A stretch of 64,000 nucleotides of DNA from Histomonas meleagridis 2922-C6/04-290x. Its lineage: Eukaryota > Protista > Parabasalia. Positions 51,385 to 60,422 of this stretch are shown here, in pieces. The stretch lies in NCBI GenBank assembly GCA_020184695.1, contig JAANOX010000213.1, positions 1 through 64,000 on the forward strand, given 5' to 3'. A model generated the notes under the pieces. That model did not search any database, was not told the DNA's origin, and saw only the letters and a list, made by a program, of their open reading frames with translations. The position numbers and the translations under genes were made by a program. Numbering within the stretch: position 1 is the first letter of the stretch; every line of letters starts with the position of its first letter.

Positions 51385-53547
51385 ATGCTTAAAGCAAATT
51401 CTTCTTTAAAAAGATCATTTACGAGGATCAACTTCAAAGATGTTTCTTTTTTAAGCATACCAATTTTCACAAATAACAAAATTTCATCATTTAACCATGT
51501 TCGTTATTTTTCAAAATCCATAAAATCACAAGATCGCAATTGCAACAACAAAAATAGTCAAGATAACATTGAAGAACTAAGGAAAAAAGCTGACGCTGGT
51601 GATATTAAAGCGCAATATTTAGTTGGAAAAAAGTATTACGATCAAAGAAAATATAATGAAGCTGCTAAGTACTTTAAGCTAGGTACCGACCAAAAAGATC
51701 TCGAATGTACAAATTCCTATGCAATATGTCTCATAATGGGTGATGGTGTTAAGCAAGATTTTGATATGGCAGCAAAATTATTTAAAGAATGCTCTGACAA
51801 AGGACACAAGGAGAGTCAGTTTTTCCTTGGTTTTTGTTATCAAGTTGGTAAAGGTGTTCCTCTTGATCTTGAAGCTGCCACTAAATATTACAAAATGTCA
51901 GCAGACCAAGGTTATGTTGATGCCATTTCAGTTTATGCAGCATGCCTTGCACGTGGTCAAGGAGTTAAAGCCAATAAAGAAGAAGCAGCTAAGTACTTCA
52001 AAAAAGCAGCCGATATGGGGCACCCTCAATCCCAATATTACTATGGTGTTCTCTGTCAAAACGGTGATGGGGTACCCTGTGACCAGCAAACAGCAATAAA
52101 ATATTTTAAACTTGCTGCAGATCAAAAAAATGTTGATGCACAATATACTTATGCCTGTATTCTTGCAACTGGTAATGGTATTGCACGAAATCCCACTGAA
52201 GCTACTCGTTATTTTGGACTTGCAGCATCTTCTGGACATCCTGATGCATCATTCAATTATGCTATTGCTTTGATTAATGGTCAAGGAATTGAGAAAAATG
52301 AAAAAGATGCAGTAAAATATTTCAAGCGCGCTGCTGACTTTGGTAATGTTCAAGCAATGTATTCATATGGAATGATCATGGCTGAAGGTACTAAAGATAT
52401 TCAACCAGACATTCAAAAAGCAGTTGAATATCTTAAGAAAGCAGCAGACAAAGATCATCCTGAAGCATGTAATTCATATGGTGAACTTTTAGCATCTGGT
52501 AATGGTGTTAAAAAGAATCAAGAAGAAGCTGAGAAATATTTTAAGAAATCGGCTGACCTTAATTCTATTGCTGGTATTACGAATTATTCTAATTGTTTAT
52601 TTGAGAAGAAACATTATTCTGAGTGTGCTGCATATCTTAAGCGAGGATCAGAACTTGGAGATCCACGTCTTCAATATAACTATTCTCTTTGCTTTAAAAA
52701 TGGCTATGGTGTCGTCAAAGATGAAGCAAAAGCTCTTGAATATATGAAAAAGGCAGCTGATTCAGGCTTTACAACAGCTCAAAACGATTATGCTGTTTCT
52801 CTAATGAATACTAATCCAACAGAATCCATTAAATACTTCAAAAAAGCATCCGATAAAGGTGATGTTGTTGCAAACTTTAATTTAGCACTTATATATTCAC
52901 GTGGTGATGGTGTTCCAATTGACAAAAAGAAAGCATATGAATATATGAAAATGGCAGCTGATAAAAGTCATGCAGAAGCAATTCTTCAATGTGCAATATG
53001 GTCTATGGATGGATATTTAGGTGAACCAAATTATGATGAAGCTTTCAAATATGCAAGTCTTGGCGCAAATATGGGAAATAGTGTTTGTCAATTCATTTTA
53101 GGTAATATGTATTTTAATGGAATAGGAATTAAAAAGAATTTAAGTGAAGCTGTTAAATATTATAAAATGGCTTCTGATCAAGGTCAACCAGATGCTATGT
53201 ATAATTATGCTTATTTCTTATATTCCGGATTTGAAGTTAAAAAAGATGATAAGGAATCTGCAAGATTAATAAAGAAAGCAGCTGAAATGGGACATACAAT
53301 GGCTATGGGTACATACGCATATTACTTAAAAGAAGGTATAGGTATGGAAAAAAATGAGAAAGAAGCATTTAAATATATGAAAATGGCAGCTGATAATGGA
53401 GAACCTGATGCTATTTATAATTTGGCTCTTTATTATTTTAATGGAATTGGAACTAAACCTGACCAAGAAAAAGCTGTCGAATATATGAAAAAGGCAGCTG
53501 AAGCGGGTCAACCTGATGCAAAAAAAGCATTAGAAACAAATAAATAA
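51385..53547 (+). CDS. Sel1-like repeat protein (720 aa, about 17-18 SLRs) with a putative organellar presequence
   Basis: 36-aa repeats of the form A..YFKKAAD.G...AQY.YG.....G.GV..D. The N-terminal 45 aa are rich in S/R/K/F and nearly free of acidic residues. Confidence 0.92.
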   Translation: MLKANSSLKRSFTRINFKDVSFLSIPIFTNNKISSFNHVRYFSKSIKSQDRNCNNKNSQDNIEELRKKADAGDIKAQYLVGKKYYDQRKYNEAAKYFKLGTDQKDLECTNSYAICLIMGDGVKQDFDMAAKLFKECSDKGHKESQFFLGFCYQVGKGVPLDLEAATKYYKMSADQGYVDAISVYAACLARGQGVKANKEEAAKYFKKAADMGHPQSQYYYGVLCQNGDGVPCDQQTAIKYFKLAADQKNVDAQYTYACILATGNGIARNPTEATRYFGLAASSGHPDASFNYAIALINGQGIEKNEKDAVKYFKRAADFGNVQAMYSYGMIMAEGTKDIQPDIQKAVEYLKKAADKDHPEACNSYGELLASGNGVKKNQEEAEKYFKKSADLNSIAGITNYSNCLFEKKHYSECAAYLKRGSELGDPRLQYNYSLCFKNGYGVVKDEAKALEYMKKAADSGFTTAQNDYAVSLMNTNPTESIKYFKKASDKGDVVANFNLALIYSRGDGVPIDKKKAYEYMKMAADKSHAEAILQCAIWSMDGYLGEPNYDEAFKYASLGANMGNSVCQFILGNMYFNGIGIKKNLSEAVKYYKMASDQGQPDAMYNYAYFLYSGFEVKKDDKESARLIKKAAEMGHTMAMGTYAYYLKEGIGMEKNEKEAFKYMKMAADNGEPDAIYNLALYYFNGIGTKPDQEKAVEYMKKAAEAGQPDAKKALETNK

Positions 53548-53826
53548 AATAATTTATATAAATATTTTTATGTTAAAAGAAAATGTTGTTATTTTAAAAT
53601 GATTGAGTGTTAATCAGCTGATTATTAAAAATTTAATTTTATTGAATAAAGTTAATATAATTAAAAATAAAATGAGATGGTCATATGATTATTTCTATTT
53701 TCAATTTGCATTCTTAATTCATATTTTTAAAATGAGAAAGAAAAAAAAAATTTGAGTCCGTTTATTTGATAACGTTCTCTTTTTCATCAAATTCATAAGA
53801 CCACAAAAACAATTTAATTAAAAATT

Positions 53827-55926
53827 ATGCAAGAACATCATCATCGTCGTCGTCATCATCATCATAAAGAACCTGAAGAAACAATAGAAGAAAATGTTAC
53901 TAATCCATGGACAGATCGTCCATATTCAGAAAATTATAAAACGATACTTAAACAACGTCGTAAATTACCAGTTTATGAATTTAAAGAAGAAGTAATTTCT
54001 ACGGTTCAAAATAATAAAGTTACTATTATTGAAGGTAGTACAGGTTCAGGTAAAACCACACAAATTCCACAATTTTTATTAGAATCCAATATTATTAGTA
54101 ATGACAAGAAAGTACTTTGTACACAACCACGTCGTGTAGCAGCTATTAATGTTGCAACACGTGTTGCACAAGAAATGGATGTTTCACTTGGTAGTATTGT
54201 AGGTTATTCTGTTCGATTTGATTCACGTGTAAGTGAAAACACACGATTAATTTATATGACAGATGGACTTTTAATGAAAGAATTTATCCTTGATCCACAA
54301 ATTCGACAATATGGTATAGTCATTATTGATGAAGCACATGAACGTAATATTAATTCAGATATTATTCTTGGATTATTAAAACAACTTACAGAGATTCGAG
54401 CAGATCTTCATGTTGTAGTTATGTCAGCTACACTTGAAGCACAAAAATTTACAAATTTTTTTGGTGGTGCACCACATTTAATAGTTCCAGGTCGACTTTA
54501 TCCAGTTGATATTATTTATACGCAAGAACCAGTTAGTGATTATGTTGAATCAGCTATTACATATGCTATTAAAATTCATCGTGATGAACCATCTGGTGAT
54601 ATATTAATCTTTTTAACAGGTGAAGAAGAGATTGAAACTGCATGTCAACGAATTCGTGAAGGTACACGTAATATAAATAGTAAATCTAAAATGTCTACAT
54701 TAGTTTTACCACTTTATGCTTCATTACCACCACGTGAACAACAATTAGTATTTTTACCACCTAAACATGATAATATTCGGAAAATTATAGTTTCGACGAA
54801 TATCGCAGAAACTTCAGTTACTATTGATGGAGTTGTTTATGTTATTGATCCAGGTTTTGTTAAACAATCACAATATCAACCAGATCGTCGAATGTTTGCA
54901 TTACTTGTCACCCCTATTTCACAAGCAGCAGCTAATCAACGGAGTGGTAGAGCAGGACGAACTCGTCCAGGAAAATGTTATCGTTTATATACTGAATCTT
55001 CATATAATAATCAATTAGAGAAACAAACAATTCCAGAAATTCAACGGACAGATCTTTCATCAGTAATCTTAACTATGCTTGCTACAGGTATTAAAGATAT
55101 TATTCATTTTCCTTTTATAGATGCACCACCTCAAACACAATTAGCAGTAGCTATTCAAGAATTATATCATTTAGGAGCAATTAATAATAACGCAGAACTT
55201 ACAGAGATCGGAAATTTAATGGCCGTTTTACCAGTTGAACCTAAACATGCTAAATCTTTAATAGCATCTAAGAAATTCGGATGTACGAATGAAATGTCTA
55301 CATTAATAGCTATTCTTTCAGAACAAGGACAAATATTTCTACGTCCACGTGATAAAGTTACTAAAGCAGATGCAGCACATTCACAATTTAAAAGTGGTTA
55401 TGGAGATCATATTTCATTAATTAATGTTTATGAAGAATTCGTTAATAATGGTAGTGATAAAAAATGGTGTGAAGATAATTTCATTAATTATAAAGTATTA
55501 TCACGTGCAGAAAGATCACGAAATCAACTTATTTCTTTGTTACAAAAATTTAATATCGAAATCGTATCTATTTCAAGAGCAAATGTTGACCGAGAGCGTT
55601 TAATATTACGAGGTTTACTTGAAGGACTTTTTATGCAAATCGCAATGTTAAATGAATCCACAGGAAGTTATTTACAAATTGATAATCCTAAAGAAGCGTT
55701 TATTCATCCTTCTTCTTGCTTAAGAAGGAAACCTCAATGGATCGTTTATAGTGATTATGTGTTCACAACAAAAGCTTATTTAAGAAATGTCTCAGAAATT
55801 CAACCTGAATGGTTATTAGAAGCTTCCCCGTCATATTTCGATCCTAATAATCTCCCAGAAGGTCAAATAAAACGAGCATTAATCAATGAAAAAGTTAAAG
55901 AACAAGAAAGAAATAGATTTAAATAA
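53827..55926 (+). CDS. PRP43: DEAH-box RNA helicase Prp43/DHX15
   Basis: GSTGSGKTTQIPQ, TQPRRVAA, MTDG, DEAH, MSATL, STNIAETSVTIDG, QRSGRAGR. The Prp43-type N-terminus is NPWTDRPYSENYKTILKQRRKLPV and the C-terminus is PEWLLEASPSYFD. Confidence 0.93.
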   Translation: MQEHHHRRRHHHHKEPEETIEENVTNPWTDRPYSENYKTILKQRRKLPVYEFKEEVISTVQNNKVTIIEGSTGSGKTTQIPQFLLESNIISNDKKVLCTQPRRVAAINVATRVAQEMDVSLGSIVGYSVRFDSRVSENTRLIYMTDGLLMKEFILDPQIRQYGIVIIDEAHERNINSDIILGLLKQLTEIRADLHVVVMSATLEAQKFTNFFGGAPHLIVPGRLYPVDIIYTQEPVSDYVESAITYAIKIHRDEPSGDILIFLTGEEEIETACQRIREGTRNINSKSKMSTLVLPLYASLPPREQQLVFLPPKHDNIRKIIVSTNIAETSVTIDGVVYVIDPGFVKQSQYQPDRRMFALLVTPISQAAANQRSGRAGRTRPGKCYRLYTESSYNNQLEKQTIPEIQRTDLSSVILTMLATGIKDIIHFPFIDAPPQTQLAVAIQELYHLGAINNNAELTEIGNLMAVLPVEPKHAKSLIASKKFGCTNEMSTLIAILSEQGQIFLRPRDKVTKADAAHSQFKSGYGDHISLINVYEEFVNNGSDKKWCEDNFINYKVLSRAERSRNQLISLLQKFNIEIVSISRANVDRERLILRGLLEGLFMQIAMLNESTGSYLQIDNPKEAFIHPSSCLRRKPQWIVYSDYVFTTKAYLRNVSEIQPEWLLEASPSYFDPNNLPEGQIKRALINEKVKEQERNRFK

Positions 55927-55992
55927 AAAAATAATAGAATTCGTTTATATTTAATTTTTATTGTGTCAATGAAAATTGTATGAAAATGTGAA

Positions 55993-57717
55993 ATGTCAAA
56001 TCCAACAAAAATATTTTTGAATAAAACAAAAGAATTTCAAGTTGATTCAACAAGATTAATTCCAAAAGAAGTAATTTTTCAAGCAGGTGTTATAAAAGTC
56101 GAGAAATTAATTGATTCTAAAACTCAACAAAAATTAATATCTCATGTTTTACCTTTAAATGGATTTAATTCTCAATCACTTTATGAGTTTTTGCGAATAA
56201 TTTATAGTTTACATAATTTTAAATTTGAAGGTTTACTTCCACTTTATGGTATTTCGTCAGATTCACAAACATTACAAATTTTATATTATGATGATTTTGA
56301 CCTTAATATTGTTAAATTAGATTTACTTTCAGAACAACAAATAAATCAGTTACTTAAAACAACAGCAAGTATTATTAATTTTCTTCATTCAAATAACTTT
56401 CAACATTTACGTATTAAATCATCATCTATATTTACTAAAGATTCGAATACTTTCTTTATTGGATGTATTCAACCACTTTCACTCATTGATTTAGAAAAAG
56501 AAGATCTTTATCTTCCATTCTATAAACAACCACTTCAAGCGCGTGATGTTTTTATGTTTGGCCTTCTTATAATAGAAATTCTCAATAAAAAAACACAAAG
56601 TGAACTTCTTGATGAACTTTGGAGATTTCAAGAAATAATAAATGATGATACACCTTTAAAATCTTTAGCACATCAATGTATTTCACATAACTATAAAACG
56701 CGTCCAACTTCTTTCCAAATTAATAATTTCTTTAACGGTCACGAGACAGAAAAAGTCGAAATTTTGGAGCACTCCGAATTCGACCGTTTATTCACTGAAA
56801 CAACAACAACAATTATCAATTTACTTATTCAAGGTTATCTTTATACTCAAGCAAAAGAAATAAATAAAGCTATTTCTATATATCAAAATCCACTTCTTCA
56901 AAATACAGCACATTCATATAATAATATTGGCATGTTATATTTAAACATTGATAAACATAAATCATTTGAATATTTTCTTAAAGGTGCAGAAATGAATTAT
57001 GCGATTTCACAATATAATGTAGGACTTTGTTATCTTAAAGGGATTGGTACATCAAAAGATATTGCACAATCACAACATTTTCTTGAGTTATCAGCTAATC
57101 AAAGTTACACCGAAGCAATTTGGGAATATTCAGGTCTTATGCGTAATATTAATCTTTATATTAGTTCCAAATATTTACGTATTGCAGCACGTAAAACAAA
57201 ACCTGAAGCGATTCATATGTATGGATTAGCAATTGAATCAGGTATAGGTTTAGATGATGACAAATCACTTGACTATTTTAAAGTTGGAGTTGAAAATGAT
57301 TATCCACAATCGATTAATAATTATGCGTCACGTATAGAATCAAAAGATCCTCAACTTGCAAATCAAATGTGGAAACATGTTGCAGAAATGGGATTGAAAC
57401 ATGGACAATTTAATTATGGAGTTTCACTTATAATTGGACGCGGATGTGAACCGAATTATAAAGAAGGTGCAAAATGGTTACGTTTGTCTTCAGATCAAAT
57501 ATATTCACGTTCGATGTTCGATTATGCACAATTATTAAAAAATGGTAAAGGCGTGGAAAAAGATGAAAAAGCTGCAGATGAAATGTGTATCAAAGCAGGA
57601 AAAGTGAAATTTTTTGAGCAAATTAAAGCACAAGAAATACAAGACAAATTAAAGGAATTAATGGATACATTTAAAGAAGGAGAAAAAAGAGATAAAATGA
57701 AAAATGATAATAAATAA
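55993..57717 (+). CDS. Pseudokinase + Sel1-repeat protein (574 aa)
   Basis: Degenerate kinase fold (FLHSNNFQHLRIKSSSI, DVFMFGLL, CISHNYKTRPTS) followed by about 6 Sel1 repeats. Confidence 0.85.
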   Translation: MSNPTKIFLNKTKEFQVDSTRLIPKEVIFQAGVIKVEKLIDSKTQQKLISHVLPLNGFNSQSLYEFLRIIYSLHNFKFEGLLPLYGISSDSQTLQILYYDDFDLNIVKLDLLSEQQINQLLKTTASIINFLHSNNFQHLRIKSSSIFTKDSNTFFIGCIQPLSLIDLEKEDLYLPFYKQPLQARDVFMFGLLIIEILNKKTQSELLDELWRFQEIINDDTPLKSLAHQCISHNYKTRPTSFQINNFFNGHETEKVEILEHSEFDRLFTETTTTIINLLIQGYLYTQAKEINKAISIYQNPLLQNTAHSYNNIGMLYLNIDKHKSFEYFLKGAEMNYAISQYNVGLCYLKGIGTSKDIAQSQHFLELSANQSYTEAIWEYSGLMRNINLYISSKYLRIAARKTKPEAIHMYGLAIESGIGLDDDKSLDYFKVGVENDYPQSINNYASRIESKDPQLANQMWKHVAEMGLKHGQFNYGVSLIIGRGCEPNYKEGAKWLRLSSDQIYSRSMFDYAQLLKNGKGVEKDEKAADEMCIKAGKVKFFEQIKAQEIQDKLKELMDTFKEGEKRDKMKNDNK

Positions 57718-58132
57718 ATATAAATTTGTTTTATATTTATATTTTCTTAAATTTAAATATTATGATCCTTAAAATTCTTTTGTTTTTAAATGATATTCTT
57801 TTTGATTTATAGTTTAATTTATCAAATATCGTATAAAATTTAATCTGATTTTCATTTTATTTGATTTAAATACTTAATTCGAATAAATAGAATTTAATAT
57901 TATTTATTAAGGAAAAGATTATACCATATTTAAATCCACTCTTCAAACAAAATATATTGAATTTGAAAGATAACTTATATACTTCCTTTTTAGTATAATG
58001 TATGATATTGTTCATTTTGTCAATAAAAATTTGGTTTTATGTGCTGGAGATTGTTATCATCTAAAATCTTTTGTTATGTAGAGTTAGATGAATTCTTTGC
58101 ATTTATATGAAAAATTTATTACAATAATTTTT

Positions 58133-60158
58133 TTAGTAAAAGAAAGTGAACTTCTTCTTCTTATGCACTAAGGAATGCTTAATAAATAAATTACTTATTT
58201 CTTTGATGCCTAAACTCTTTGCAATTTCAAATGCTGTTCTATATATTTTCAAAAAAATTCCAAATATTTATAAAAATTATTAAATAATGAATATAAATAT
58301 TAAAATAATTTGATAAATATCTTTAGCATTAGCATCAATTTCTTTTTGTTCAAGAAGCAACTGAACTATTTTTTTGTTACCATTTATACAAGCATACATA
58401 AGTGCTGTATTAAATAAATTTAATGTTTTCCAAAAATTATTTTGATATTAAATATTACTAAATCATATATGAAATAAAATAAGAAAATATTTTTAGCATT
58501 AATATCAATACCTTTTTGTTGTATAAGTAATCTTCCAATATCAGGTTTATATTTTATTGCTGATAAAATAAGTGCTGTATTAAATATTTTATATAATTTC
58601 CAAATATTATTATGAATTATTAAAATAATAAAATAAGCATTAAAACAATTTGAAAAATATCTTTAGAATTAATATCGATTCCTTTTTGATAAAGAAGGAA
58701 TTTAACAATTTCTATATTATTAGTAGATGCATGCATAAGTGCTGTTTGTAATAATTTAAATAAATTCCAATTGTTATATTAAAACATTACAAAATTGAAT
58801 CAAATTTCAAATAAAACAATGAAACATCTTTAACATTAATATCAATTATTTTCATATCTAGGAGAAATTTTAATATATCTAGATATCCATTTTTAGAAGC
58901 ATTGAAAAATGCTGTTTTAAATATATTTATTAAATTCCAAATAATAATTAGGATTATTAAAACATTTTAACAAAAATTAAATAAAGTTAAAAAACATTTA
59001 AATCATCTGAATTAATAAATCCATTATTAATAAGGTAATCAAACAAATCTTTATTTCCAGAAAATGTTGAGATATCCAAAATATTTAATTTAATTGGATT
59101 TTTTTCAAGAAAATGTTGTACTATAAATAAATTACCTTTTTTTATTGATTCAAGAATAAGAGAATCATTAATTTTCATCCCCACCTTTTCTAAAAATAAA
59201 AGAACCTCATAATTGTCATGAAAAATACATTTAATTCCTAATTCTTCTAAATTATTAATCTCTTCTAATTTGTTATCATAAATATATTTAAAGATAGCAT
59301 TTCGATGAAATATAATTGCTGCTTCATATGCACCATCAAATGATGAATGATTTTGTTCACATAAATGAATTATCTCTAAGTTCCCACCTGCAATTGCATA
59401 TTTACCTGTGTCTATTAAATGTGATCCATTCATAAGTAAATATTTAAAACATTTAACTGAAGAAAAAAATGCTGCATAATCAACCAATAAAATATTATCT
59501 TGATTAATAAATGCACATTTTTCATATTGCGATGGTTTAATAAATTTATTAAAATCAAAATCACTTTGTGATGATATTTCTTGAAGTTTTTCTATTTCAT
59601 CATTTCGAATTATTTTTGAGATTTCATTAGGATTAATTCCTTCATCAACTAATTTCTTATGAAGTTCCCAATCATTAGCTTTGAGAATTGAGTCACCAAT
59701 CATAAAATAAGGGTCTGGTTTATGAGATATAAATAAATAACTTTCTTCAATACCCCTATGAATAAAATATGGTGTTCTCTTAATTTTACAAATTTCTGAA
59801 TTAGCAAATCCATTTTTAATCATTTTTTCAAGAAGATAATTTGATTCTTGAGTTTGATTGATTAAAAGAAGTTGTACAAAAATTTCGATCACTTTGTTAT
59901 GAGAAATATTTTTGTTTTTACTTTCTTCTATTTCAAGTTCTTTTAAATATATTTAATACAAAAATAATCATGATATCTTGCTTCAAAGTATGAATATAAT
60001 AAGTTACACACTATAATATTAAATGATAACGGTGATTCTTTATAAAAATAATTTAATGATGATTTTACTGATTCATTAATATTATCTAAGCTTAATTCAA
60101 AAATAATTTGTGTAAGGCATTGCAACATTTGTAAATTTTCCTTATATTTCGTGGCCAT
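58133..60158 (-). CDS. DUF3447-type ankyrin-repeat protein A; 5 repeat junctions carry 77/78-nt spacer blocks
   Basis: EISKIIRNDEIEKLQEIS...LLVDYAAFFSSVKCFKYLL...YAIAGGNLEIIHLCEQ, then ankyrin exons of 93/90/93/93 nt separated by the blocks. The 5' part has homopolymer frameshifts. Confidence 0.85.
58241..58995 (-). other. Five [17-nt spacer + codon] blocks (putative non-canonical micro-introns with 3-nt exons) in ankyrin gene A
   Basis: Blocks at 58919-58995, 58749-58825, 58582-58658, 58412-58488 (77 nt each) and 58241-58318 (78 nt). They decode to NNG, ENG, NNG, HLG, NNG. Confidence 0.85.
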
Positions 60159-60422
60159 ATATTATTATCTGATTTGAAAAATAATATTTATTAAAAAAGT
60201 GACCTAAAAATTAAATAAATTCAAAAAAAACAACGCATTTAATATTCACTATATAATATTTGATGAATAAATTAATTTGCTTATGTGATTTCCTATATTT
60301 TTATGGAAAATTTTTTGAAATCAAGAGATGGATTAATGAATTATTGATATTTTTATAAATATAAAGAAAGGTTTCATGATTGAATTCATTAATTAATAAA
60401 CGTTCTATTTTCAATATTTTGA

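Noticed and set aside
53830-53870. His/Arg tract (HHHRRRHHHH) at the PRP43 N-terminus
   Set aside because: Low-complexity tails are common in splicing helicases, and nothing here indicates a special function.
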